Assembly (NCBI GenBank): GCA_904395785.1
Contig: CAJFOG010000131.1
Coordinates: 1 to 44,963 of the forward strand
Length of the DNA stretch: 44,963 nucleotides
Reading direction: 5' to 3'
DNA from: an uncultured Eubacterium sp.
GTDB taxonomy: Bacteria > Bacillota_I > Bacilli_A > Erysipelotrichales > Erysipelotrichaceae
Part shown: positions 1-8,253 of the stretch, one piece after another
How the letters are laid out: each line of letters begins with the position of its first letter
Numbering within the stretch: the stretch's first letter is position 1
Program-made: the position numbers and the translations under genes
The notes under the pieces: generated by a model
The model's input: only the letters and a program-made list of their open reading frames with translations
What the model was told of the DNA's origin: nothing
Database searches by the model: none

Positions 1-50
1 AGCGGCGACAATATCCTAGCGTGCTTAGGTGAAGATAGCTCGTTGCCAGT
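1..50 (+). rRNA. rrf: 5S rRNA, 3' part (truncated by window start)
   Basis: agcggcgacaatatc...gtgaagatagctcgttgccag resembles the helix IV/V and 3' helix I strand of Firmicute 5S rRNA; directly followed by a terminator. Confidence 0.85.
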
Positions 51-56
51 TCTTTT

Positions 57-83
57 GGAACCTTCTTATGGTTCCTTTTTTTT
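57..83 (+). terminator. Intrinsic terminator of the rRNA operon
   Basis: GGAACC-ttcttat-GGTTCC stem followed by T8. Confidence 0.8.
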
Positions 84-154
84 GTTTTTCTTTACTTTTA
101 CTTTTTTCTTCGTGTATAATAGTACCATTCGATTTAAGGAAAGGAGTGGTTGAA

Positions 155-1000
155 GTGAAGATAGATTATAAGAAGTTCTTAATGTCTATAATAATAGTAT
201 TAATTGGAAATTTTATTTTAGCATTTGGAGTTTGTGCTTTTATTTTACCATTAAATGTAATCACAGGTGGAGTAGCAGGAGTAGCAGTTGTTTTACATCC
301 TATACTTCATATATCTGAAACAATGTTAATAAACATCTTGACAATATCTTTATTTATAATTGGGTCAATTGTTTTAGGAAAACGATTTGCATTTAATACT
401 TTTCTTAGTTCAATAGTTTATCCATCTTTTGTTAACATTTTAAACGTATATTTGAAAGATGTTGTAATAACTGATAATTTATTAGTCGCTTCCATTTATG
501 CTGGGATATGTACGGGAATTGGGGTAGGAATAGTCTGTAAATATGGTTCCAGTACTGGAGGTATGGATATACCACCATTGATTATTAATAAATATACAAA
601 AATCCCTCTATCTATATTAGTAACGATTATTGATGGTTTGACTGTTATTTTAGGTGCAATGATTTACGGGGTAGAGGCATCCTTAATTGGTCTTTTTTCA
701 GTATTGGCTTGTGGAAAAACTATTGATATTATAATGAAAATAGGAAAACGCACTTCAAAAAGTGTTTTAATTTGTTCTGATCAATATGATGAAGTATTAC
801 AAAATTTATCAGAATTTTCTAAACTACATAAAAATATACTTTATAGTGATAGTTTATCAACAAATAATCAAAAACAAATTATTATTGCGACTATTGAAAC
901 GAATAAATATAAAACATTAATAGATTTAATTAAAAAGATAGATGAAAATGCTAGAATAATTTCTATTGATATGAATGAAGTAAATGAGCACAAACCGTAA
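155..1000 (+). CDS. YitT family membrane protein (degenerate C-terminal DUF2179-like region)
   Basis: Multi-TM; ITGGVAG and GSSTGGMDIP motifs; RBS AAGGAG 141-146 before GTG 155. The track start at 29 runs through the 5S rRNA and terminator. Confidence 0.85.
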   Translation: MKIDYKKFLMSIIIVLIGNFILAFGVCAFILPLNVITGGVAGVAVVLHPILHISETMLINILTISLFIIGSIVLGKRFAFNTFLSSIVYPSFVNILNVYLKDVVITDNLLVASIYAGICTGIGVGIVCKYGSSTGGMDIPPLIINKYTKIPLSILVTIIDGLTVILGAMIYGVEASLIGLFSVLACGKTIDIIMKIGKRTSKSVLICSDQYDEVLQNLSEFSKLHKNILYSDSLSTNNQKQIIIATIETNKYKTLIDLIKKIDENARIISIDMNEVNEHKP

Positions 1001-1018
1001 AGGGTTATTATTACATCA

Positions 1019-1052
1019 CAGAATTGTAAAAATTTACAATTCTGATTTTTTT
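1019..1052 (+). terminator. Intrinsic terminator after yitT-like gene
   Basis: CAGAATTGTAAA/TTTACAATTCTG inverted repeat plus T-run. Confidence 0.7.
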
Positions 1053-1078
1053 GAATTCTAGTCTGTTTGTGTTATAAT
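1051..1078 (+). promoter_or_regulatory. Putative sigma-A promoter of the ftsX-M23-ftsE-ftsX cluster
   Basis: TTGAAT-16 nt-TATAAT with extended -10 TG at 1070-1071. Confidence 0.55.
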
Positions 1079-1166
1079 GAAAAAAGCAAATGTTTCATTA
1101 TGAATATTAAATTCTACTTTTAAGTATAAATTAAATACAGTAATGTTGTTTGAAAGGTTGATTTAT

Positions 1167-2063
1167 ATGATAATATTTTTTACTAGTTTACCAAAACATC
1201 TTTTTTCGTCTATTTTATCTTTAAAAAGACATTTAGCTATGACGATATCAAGTATTTCAGCAATTACTGTCACCTTATTACTTTATTCAATATTTTTAAT
1301 GATTAGTACGAATATAAATAATTTTGCAGTGAATATAGAGAATGAATTAGAAATTCACGCTAGTATTGATTCACTCAGTGATCAATCTCAAATTGAATCG
1401 TTAGAAAAAACTATTAAAAGTTGGGATAATGTAAACAATGTTGTCTTTTCAAGTAGTGAAGATGAATTGAATTCATTGATTTCTAGCAATGGCAAAGTAT
1501 TTGAACGATACAAAAATAAAAATCCGATGCCAAATGCATTTTTAGTTGAAGTAAGTGATGCGCAAAGTATAAAAGAAATTACGTATAAACTGAATAAACT
1601 GGAAGGAATAGAAAAGGCAGAATATGGAGGAAGTTCTATTCAAAAAATGATAGATACATTAAGTTTTATCCATATTGGAGGGCTTGTGTTTATTATATCA
1701 CTTTTATTTATAACATTATTTTTAATTACGAATACTATTAAAATGTCAATCTATACACGGAAAGATGAAATAGCAATTATGCGAAATGTAGGAGCGCAAA
1801 ACTGGTTTATTAAGACACCGTTTGTTTTTGAAGGATTTTTTATTGGAATATTAGGATCAATTTTTCCAATTATTATAACATATTTAGGCTACTCTATTTT
1901 ATATGATTCTTTAGGCGGAAAATTTGTATCATCTATGTTTATATTACAACCTTTATATCCATATATTTGGAATATATGTATGCTGTTGTTAGTTGGTGGT
2001 ACATTTGTGGGGATGTTTGGTAGTTTTATGGCTGTATCGAAATATTTGAGGTGGCAAAGATGA
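1167..2063 (+). CDS. ftsX: FtsX-like permease, paralog 1
   Basis: TM1, large extracellular loop, 3 TMs; NTIKMSIYTRKDEIAIMRNVGA..FIKTPFVFEG signature; RBS GAAAGG before ATG 1167. Confidence 0.85.
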   Translation: MIIFFTSLPKHLFSSILSLKRHLAMTISSISAITVTLLLYSIFLMISTNINNFAVNIENELEIHASIDSLSDQSQIESLEKTIKSWDNVNNVVFSSSEDELNSLISSNGKVFERYKNKNPMPNAFLVEVSDAQSIKEITYKLNKLEGIEKAEYGGSSIQKMIDTLSFIHIGGLVFIISLLFITLFLITNTIKMSIYTRKDEIAIMRNVGAQNWFIKTPFVFEGFFIGILGSIFPIIITYLGYSILYDSLGGKFVSSMFILQPLYPYIWNICMLLLVGGTFVGMFGSFMAVSKYLRWQR

Positions 2064-3457
2064 AGATAGTAAAAAAATGTTTATTTTTTATTGTATTTAT
2101 GAGTATGTGGTTATTACCTTTACAACATATTGAAGTGATTGCAGCTTCTGAATTTGAAGGAAATGAATCTCAATGGTTATCAAAATGTAGTATACCTCAG
2201 GATACTGAGGAACAAGCACAAAAATGTAAAGAATTTAAAGAGTATTATAGCTCCATTAGTAAAGATTTAGAAAATCAAGTTAGCGATTTAAATAAGCAAA
2301 TTGCGAAAATTACAGATAATATAAGTGAGTTAAATGCTGCGGTAAAAAAACAAGATAGTTTAATTGAGCAAATTACAAATAAGATTAAAGAAAATGAAAA
2401 CTCAATAAAAAAATTAAATACAGAGATTACATCGTTAGAAGAACAGATAAAAAAACTACAAAAATCCATAGATGAAAGAAACAATTTGATTAAGGGTAGA
2501 ATGCTAGATGAACAAGAAACGCTAGGTACGAATATAAGTTTAGAAATCATTATGGGTGCAAAAAATTTAATTGATATGATTCGTAATATAGATGGTTTAA
2601 ATCGTATTAATGAAGCAGATAAAAAAGAGATTGAGTTAATTAAAGAAGAAAAGGAAAAGCAAGATCTACAGAAACAGGAAAAATCTAGATTGAAAGAAAG
2701 TGTAGAAGCAGCGAAAGCGGATAACGAACAACAAAAGAAAAATGCGGAAGAAGTAAAAAAGCAAAAAGAGGTATTGCTTACAAAATTTAGAGAGCAAGAG
2801 GAAAAATTGAATGAACAAATGCGTTCAGTAGAAGTTAATTTAGCAACCATAAAAAATAACATAATTAATATTGATACAAGAGTTAAAGGAAGTTATAATT
2901 TCTCTAGTAGCGGTAGACTATCTAAACCGGTTAATGGTTCGATTTCTGCACATAGTTTCTTTTATCCTGATGGATCTTTACATTTAGGGTTAGATATTGC
3001 TGTGCCTTTAAAAACACCAATTTATGCACCAGCGAATGGTATTATTCTATATGCGAACAATCCTGTGGCAACAAATAGTGGATATATAGGAAATACAAGT
3101 GGTTATCCAGCAGGTGCTGGAAATTCAATTCATATGTTAACACGCGTAGATGGAATAACATATGGGTTAACTTTTGTGCATATGGCGCAAGAAGGATTTG
3201 CAGTATCAGCAGGACAAAAAGTTCAAGCAGGACAATTATTAGGGTTAAGTGGTAATACAGGTAATACATCAGGACCTCATTGTCATCTAGAAGTTGTAAA
3301 TTTAGGAAATATGAGTATAGAAAAAGCTATAGCTCAATTTCAAGCAACTGCGGATTTTGCATGGGGTACTGGTTGGTATATGACTGGTTATAGTAATCGA
3401 TGTGAAGTAAAAGGTCCGCCTTGTAGAGAACATCCTGAAGATGTTTATGGATATTAA
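2060..3457 (+). CDS. Secreted coiled-coil plus M23 metallopeptidase (EnvC/CwlO/PcsB-like architecture)
   Basis: Signal peptide, long heptad-rich coiled coil, HLGLD and HCH zinc motifs, GNTGNTSGPH; ATGA overlap with ftsX stop. Confidence 0.85.
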   Translation: MKIVKKCLFFIVFMSMWLLPLQHIEVIAASEFEGNESQWLSKCSIPQDTEEQAQKCKEFKEYYSSISKDLENQVSDLNKQIAKITDNISELNAAVKKQDSLIEQITNKIKENENSIKKLNTEITSLEEQIKKLQKSIDERNNLIKGRMLDEQETLGTNISLEIIMGAKNLIDMIRNIDGLNRINEADKKEIELIKEEKEKQDLQKQEKSRLKESVEAAKADNEQQKKNAEEVKKQKEVLLTKFREQEEKLNEQMRSVEVNLATIKNNIINIDTRVKGSYNFSSSGRLSKPVNGSISAHSFFYPDGSLHLGLDIAVPLKTPIYAPANGIILYANNPVATNSGYIGNTSGYPAGAGNSIHMLTRVDGITYGLTFVHMAQEGFAVSAGQKVQAGQLLGLSGNTGNTSGPHCHLEVVNLGNMSIEKAIAQFQATADFAWGTGWYMTGYSNRCEVKGPPCREHPEDVYGY

Positions 3458-3474
3458 AAAAGGAGAATATAAAC

Positions 3475-4164
3475 ATGATAATATTAGAAAATGTTTCAAA
3501 AGAATATAAAAATGGTGTACATGCGTTAAGAGATGTGAATTTAACAATTGAAGATGGAGAGTTTGTATACATTATTGGACCAACTGGAAGTGGTAAATCT
3601 ACATTGATTAAACTATTAGATGGAGAAGAAATTCCTACATTAGGAAATGTTATTGTGGAAAATACAAATGTAGGGAAGTTACGTCATTCTAAAGTTCCTA
3701 TTTATCGAAGAAATATTGGAGTAGTATTTCAAGACTATCGTTTATTACCAAAGTTGACAGTTTTTGAAAATATTGCATTTGCACTAGAAGTTATTGGAAT
3801 GAAAAAAGCTGAAATTAGACAAAGGGTAAGAGAAGTGCTAGAATTAGTTTCTCTACAAGATAAAGCAAAATCGTTTCCTGGGGAATTAAGTGGTGGACAG
3901 CAGCAAAGAGCTGCAATTGGTAGAGCGATTGCAAATCATCCTAAAGTACTAATAGCAGATGAGCCAACAGGAAATCTTGATCCTCAAAAATCTCAAGAAA
4001 TAATGGAATTGTTAGAGAAGATAAATGAGGTAGAAAAAACAACAATTGTAATGGTAACACATGATAGTACAATAGTAGATCGATATAAAAAAAGAACAAT
4101 TTGTTTAGAAGAAGGATATATTGTGGCAGATATTATGAAAGGGGGATATTTAAAACATGAGTAA
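3475..4164 (+). CDS. ftsE: Cell division ATP-binding protein FtsE
   Basis: GPTGSGKST Walker A, VVFQDYRLL, LSGGQQQR, ADEPTGNLDP; adjacent to ftsX. Confidence 0.92.
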   Translation: MIILENVSKEYKNGVHALRDVNLTIEDGEFVYIIGPTGSGKSTLIKLLDGEEIPTLGNVIVENTNVGKLRHSKVPIYRRNIGVVFQDYRLLPKLTVFENIAFALEVIGMKKAEIRQRVREVLELVSLQDKAKSFPGELSGGQQQRAAIGRAIANHPKVLIADEPTGNLDPQKSQEIMELLEKINEVEKTTIVMVTHDSTIVDRYKKRTICLEEGYIVADIMKGGYLKHE

Positions 4165-5059
4165 CTTTTTTCGATCTTTTCCCAGACATATAAGAAATGC
4201 ATTTTTTAGTTTGTTTCGCCACTTTGCAATGTCTTTATCAGCGTGTAGTGCTGTAACAGTTACTCTAATTTTATTTGGTGTATTTTTAATCATAGCAGGA
4301 AATGTTTCATTATTTGCGACAAATATTGAAGATGATGTAAGAATTCATGTTGTATTAGAAAGTTCTGTAACAAAAGATGATGATATAGAAAAGATTCAAA
4401 AGTCAATAGAAGAAATAAAGGGGGTAAGAAAGGTAATATTTTCAGATAAAGATGCAGAGCTAGAATTGATGATTAAAGAACGAGGAGAAGATTTAAAAAT
4501 GTTTAGGGGAGAGGAAAATCCTTTAAATCATGCGTATTTTGTTTCAGTAAAAAATGCAAACGATATTAATACAATTAGTGAAGAGATAAAAAAACTTGAT
4601 GGTATTAAGGCTGTAGCATACGGTGGAAATAGTGTGACACAACTTATCAAGATACTAAATTCAATTCAAGATGGTGGTTTAATTTTTGTAGGATTATTAA
4701 CATTATTAGCACTATTTTTAATATCAAATGCGATTAAAATGACAATTTATGCTAGAAATAAAGAAATTTCAATTATGCGAAATGTTGGTGCTACAAATTG
4801 GTATATTAAGATACCGTTTATGTTAGAAGGTATTCTCATTGGTATTTTTGGGGCGATTTTACCATGTGTTTTAACATATTTTGTTTATAAATATTTATAT
4901 AATGCTATGAATGGACAGATTATAACTGGAGTATTTCGACTACAGCCAATTTTTCCATTTACAATACAGGTGTGCTTGTTAATTACGGGCTTTGGAATAT
5001 TGGTTGGATTGATAGGAAGCTTCTTTTCAACTTCGAAATACTTAAAATGGAAAAGATAA
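4157..5059 (+). CDS. ftsX: FtsX-like permease, paralog 2
   Basis: Same topology; NAIKMTIYARNKEISIMRNVGATNWYIKIPFMLEG; overlaps ftsE stop. Confidence 0.88.
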   Translation: MSNFFRSFPRHIRNAFFSLFRHFAMSLSACSAVTVTLILFGVFLIIAGNVSLFATNIEDDVRIHVVLESSVTKDDDIEKIQKSIEEIKGVRKVIFSDKDAELELMIKERGEDLKMFRGEENPLNHAYFVSVKNANDINTISEEIKKLDGIKAVAYGGNSVTQLIKILNSIQDGGLIFVGLLTLLALFLISNAIKMTIYARNKEISIMRNVGATNWYIKIPFMLEGILIGIFGAILPCVLTYFVYKYLYNAMNGQIITGVFRLQPIFPFTIQVCLLITGFGILVGLIGSFFSTSKYLKWKR

Positions 5060-5112
5060 CTTTAATCATGATGTAATAATATCAAAGTTTATTTTAAAAT
5101 TTCATTTAAGTG

Positions 5113-5141
5113 TTGCATTTCAATGAAATTCGTATTAAACT
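5113..5141 (+). promoter_or_regulatory. Putative sigma-A promoter of rplK-rplA
   Basis: TTGCAT-17 nt-TAAACT. Confidence 0.6.
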
Positions 5142-5170
5142 ATAAAGGACCACATAAGTGGTTTTTAAAT

Positions 5171-5208
5171 GCGTGGGAGAAGGAGCAACTCCTTCAATCA
5201 ACCACTGC
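5171..5208 (+). promoter_or_regulatory. rplK leader, putative L1-binding autoregulatory RNA
   Basis: GTGGGAG-hairpin (AAGGAG caa CTCCTT)-ACCAC arrangement typical of Firmicute rplK leaders. Confidence 0.7.
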
Positions 5209-5239
5209 ATAAGACAACAAATATTAGGAGGTGTGTCTT

Positions 5240-5656
5240 GTGAGCAAGAAAGTTGCAAAGATCTGTAAATTACAGTTCCCTGCAGGAGGAGCTAGACCAG
5301 GACCAGCACTAGCATCAGCTGGTATTAACATGCCACAGTTCTGTACAGCATTTAACGATGCTACTAAAGATCGTGCGGGTGATATGGTACCTGTTATTAT
5401 TACTGCATACGAAGACAAAAGTTTTGATTTCGTATTAAAAACTACACCAGCATCAATTATGATTAAAAAAGCTGCTGGAATCAAACAAGGTTCAGGAAAC
5501 CAAAAAGATACTTGTGGAAAAATCACAGTAGATCAATTACGTGAAATTGCAGAATACAAAATGCCTGACTTAAACGCTAATGATGTTGAAGCTGCTATGC
5601 GTATTGTTGCGGGTACAGCTAGAAACATGGGTGTTGTAGTTGAAGGTTTTGAATAA
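5240..5656 (+). CDS. rplK: 50S ribosomal protein L11
   Basis: [41 protein letters not shown] 5226-5231 favours GTG 5240. Confidence 0.96.
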   Translation: MSKKVAKICKLQFPAGGARPGPALASAGINMPQFCTAFNDATKDRAGDMVPVIITAYEDKSFDFVLKTTPASIMIKKAAGIKQGSGNQKDTCGKITVDQLREIAEYKMPDLNANDVEAAMRIVAGTARNMGVVVEGFE

Positions 5657-5676
5657 GAAAAGGAGAGGAAGAGATT

Positions 5677-6363
5677 ATGGCAAAAGTAGGAAAAAAATAT
5701 GCTGAAGCTGCTAAGAAAGTCGACCGCTCTAAAACTTATTCTGTAGCTGAAGCTGTAAAATTAGCAAAAGAAACAAACTACGCTAAATTTGACGCATCTG
5801 TTGAAGTTAGCTTTAAATTAAATGTAGATCCACGTCATGCTGATCAACAAATTCGTGGTGCAATGGTTTTACCTAACGGTACAGGAAAAACTCAAAAAGT
5901 TTGTGTTATTACACAAGGACCTAAAGAGCAAGAAGCAAAAGATGCTGGAGCTGATTTCGTTGGAGGAAAAGAATTACTTGACGAAATGCAAAAAGGTTGG
6001 TTCGATTTTGATGTAATCGTGGCAACACCTAACATGATGGGTGAATTAGGGAAATTAGGTCGTGTATTAGGGCCTAAAGGTTTAATGCCAAACCCTAAAA
6101 CTGGAACAGTTACTATGGATGTAGCAAAAGCTGTTGAAGATATCAAAAAAGGTAAAGTTGAATACCGTGTAGATAAAGAAGGTAACATCAACTTAATGAT
6201 CGGAAAAGTAAGCTTTGATGATGAAAAATTAGTTGAAAACTTCAATGCAATTTACAACACAATTGTAAAAGCTCGTCCAGCAGCTGTAAAAGGTGCTTAC
6301 ATTAAGAACCTTGTATTAACTACTACTATGGGTCCTGGAATCCGTGTAGAAATCGTTAAATAA
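5677..6363 (+). CDS. rplA: 50S ribosomal protein L1
   Basis: [31 protein letters not shown]. Confidence 0.98.
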   Translation: MAKVGKKYAEAAKKVDRSKTYSVAEAVKLAKETNYAKFDASVEVSFKLNVDPRHADQQIRGAMVLPNGTGKTQKVCVITQGPKEQEAKDAGADFVGGKELLDEMQKGWFDFDVIVATPNMMGELGKLGRVLGPKGLMPNPKTGTVTMDVAKAVEDIKKGKVEYRVDKEGNINLMIGKVSFDDEKLVENFNAIYNTIVKARPAAVKGAYIKNLVLTTTMGPGIRVEIVK

Positions 6364-6366
6364 GGA

Positions 6367-6395
6367 TTGACAAATCTTTATACTCAGATTAAAAT
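6367..6395 (+). promoter_or_regulatory. Sigma-A promoter of rplJ-rplL
   Basis: TTGACA-17 nt-TAAAAT. Confidence 0.75.
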
Positions 6396-6412
6396 AGTAA
6401 ATGTTATCAATA

Positions 6413-6512
6413 TACCATAGACAGTAACGGCGTTAGCTTAATTATGTTACCGAGGTAGAATATTAGATGTATATTCGCTCACCCGTAGACTGTCTTGTTT
6501 ACGGGTGTTTTT
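6413..6512 (+). promoter_or_regulatory. L10 leader (L10/L12 attenuator)
   Basis: TAGACAGTA...TTAAT...TACCGAGG core, then ACCCGTAGAC/GTTTACGGGT terminator plus T-run whose ACTGTCT can pair with upstream AGACAGT. Confidence 0.85.
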
Positions 6513-6562
6513 ATATCACGCTTCAAGGTATATTGTTGCATATAAAATAGGAGGTGTGAAGA

Positions 6563-7072
6563 ATGAACCAGGCAATTATTGAAAACAAAAAGGCGATTGT
6601 TTCTGAAATTGCTCAGAAAATGAAAGAGTCTGATTCAACTGTAGTTGTTGAATACCGTGGTTTGAACGTTGCAGAAGTTACTCAATTACGTAGAGAACTT
6701 CGTGCGGAAGGTGTTGAGTTCAAAGTTTACAAAAACTCTTTAACACAACGTGCTGCTGAAGAAATTGGTGCTAACGAATTAGTTAAAGATTTAGTTGGAC
6801 CTAACGCAATCGCATTCGGTACTGATGCAGTTGCTCCTGCACGTGTATTAGCAAAATTTGCGAAAGATCACGAAAACTTAGTATTAAAAAGTGGTATTGT
6901 AGAAGGTAAAGTTGTTGGTGTTGATACAATTAAAGAATTGGCAAGTTTACCAAACCGCGAAGGTATGCTTTCTATGTTACTAAGCTGTCTACAGTCTCCA
7001 GTACGTGGATTTGCATGTGCTGTTAAAGCTGTTGCTGATAGCAAAGAAGGTAACGAAGAAGCTGCTGCATAA
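6563..7072 (+). CDS. rplJ: 50S ribosomal protein L10
   Basis: [40 protein letters not shown]. Confidence 0.97.
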   Translation: MNQAIIENKKAIVSEIAQKMKESDSTVVVEYRGLNVAEVTQLRRELRAEGVEFKVYKNSLTQRAAEEIGANELVKDLVGPNAIAFGTDAVAPARVLAKFAKDHENLVLKSGIVEGKVVGVDTIKELASLPNREGMLSMLLSCLQSPVRGFACAVKAVADSKEGNEEAAA

Positions 7073-7105
7073 TAGCAATTATTTAATAATTAGGAGGACA
7101 TGAAA

Positions 7106-7474
7106 ATGGCAAAATTAACACATGAAGAAATTTTAGCTTACTTAGAAGAAGCTACAATCTTAGAACTTAACGAATTAGTAAAAGCAATCGAAGAAAAATT
7201 CGGAGTAACTGCTGCTGCTCCAGTTGCTGTTGCTGCTGCTGCTCCAGAAGCTGCTTCTGGACCATCTGAAGTAACTGTTACATTAACTGATGTTGGTGGA
7301 ACTAAAGTTGCTGTAATTAAAGCAGTACGTGAAATTACTGGATTAGGATTAGTTGAAGCTAAAGGTATGGTAGATAAAGTACCTGCAGTTGTAAAAGAAA
7401 ACGTAAGCCCAGAAGAAGCTGAAGAAATTAAAAAGAAATTAATGGAAGCTGGAGCTAGCGTAGAAGTTAAATAA
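7106..7474 (+). CDS. rplL: 50S ribosomal protein L7/L12
   Basis: [33 protein letters not shown] spacing favours ATG 7106. Confidence 0.97.
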   Translation: MAKLTHEEILAYLEEATILELNELVKAIEEKFGVTAAAPVAVAAAAPEAASGPSEVTVTLTDVGGTKVAVIKAVREITGLGLVEAKGMVDKVPAVVKENVSPEEAEEIKKKLMEAGASVEVK

Positions 7475-7500
7475 TTTAACTTAAAAATCAAGTAACATTA

Positions 7501-7522
7501 CAAAAAGCCTTCGGGCTTTTTG
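7501..7522 (+). terminator. Intrinsic terminator after rplL
   Basis: AAAAAGCC-TTCG-GGCTTTTT. Confidence 0.8.
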
Positions 7523-7546
7523 TCACTTAACAAAGGCGGGATCATT

Positions 7547-8146
7547 ATGAATCATTATTTTTCAGATAATCGTCATTTGGCAGAAAACCGGAAGGAAATC
7601 TCTTTCCGGTTTTGGTGTTTTAATTATTCATTTATTACAGATAATGGCGTATTTTCAAAAACAGGAGTAGATTACGGTACAAAAGTCATTTTAGAAACTT
7701 TGTATAACAGAAATGAATTAGGAAATAAAATATTAGATGTTGGATGTGGGTATGGTCCAATAGGGATTGTATTAAAAAAGATATATCCAGAAAAACAATT
7801 TGAAATGGTGGATGTGAATCCTAGAGCTGTATTATTAGCCCAAGAAAATGCCAAAAGAAATGAAGTAGATGTTAACATTTATGAATCTAATATATACGAA
7901 AATATCCATGATATAAATTACTCAGATATTATTACCAATCCACCGATACGTGCAGGAAAAAAAGTTATCTATAAGATATTTGAAGATGCTTATCAGCATT
8001 TAAGTCATAACGGTTGTTTATGGGTTGTTATAAGAAAGCAACAAGGTGCTGAAAGTGCAATTAAGAAGATTAAAGAAATTTTTGATAATTGCGAAGTTGT
8101 GAATAAAGATAAAGGATATTTTATACTTAAAGCGAAAAAACATTGA
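7547..8146 (+). CDS. Class I SAM methyltransferase, YbxB/RsmC-like
   Basis: MNHYF, TDNGVFS, LDVGCGYG, TNPPIRAGK, KQQGAES; conserved position between rplL and rpoB. Confidence 0.92.
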   Translation: MNHYFSDNRHLAENRKEISFRFWCFNYSFITDNGVFSKTGVDYGTKVILETLYNRNELGNKILDVGCGYGPIGIVLKKIYPEKQFEMVDVNPRAVLLAQENAKRNEVDVNIYESNIYENIHDINYSDIITNPPIRAGKKVIYKIFEDAYQHLSHNGCLWVVIRKQQGAESAIKKIKEIFDNCEVVNKDKGYFILKAKKH

Positions 8147-8179
8147 CATTTTGACACTTGATTGATATTATAATAAATT
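8143..8179 (+). promoter_or_regulatory. rpoBC promoter region (two offset sigma-A matches)
   Basis: TTGACA 8143-17 nt-TATTAT with extended TG; second TTGACA 8151-17 nt-TAAATT. Confidence 0.6.
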
Positions 8180-8253
8180 GCATAATACTAAAATAAAAAT
8201 ATAGAAAATTTTGCTTAATTTTAGTATATAAACTTGTAGAAAGGATGGCGTAC

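Noticed and set aside
29..154. N-terminal 42 codons of the 323-aa ORF in the track
   Set aside because: Overlaps the 5S rRNA end and its terminator; a good RBS supports GTG 155 instead
2275..2862. 195-aa minus-strand ORF
   Set aside because: F/S/L-rich antisense shadow of the K/E/Q-rich coiled coil; no recognisable domain
7205..7260. GCT-rich repeat in rplL
   Set aside because: Encodes the normal Ala-rich L7/L12 hinge
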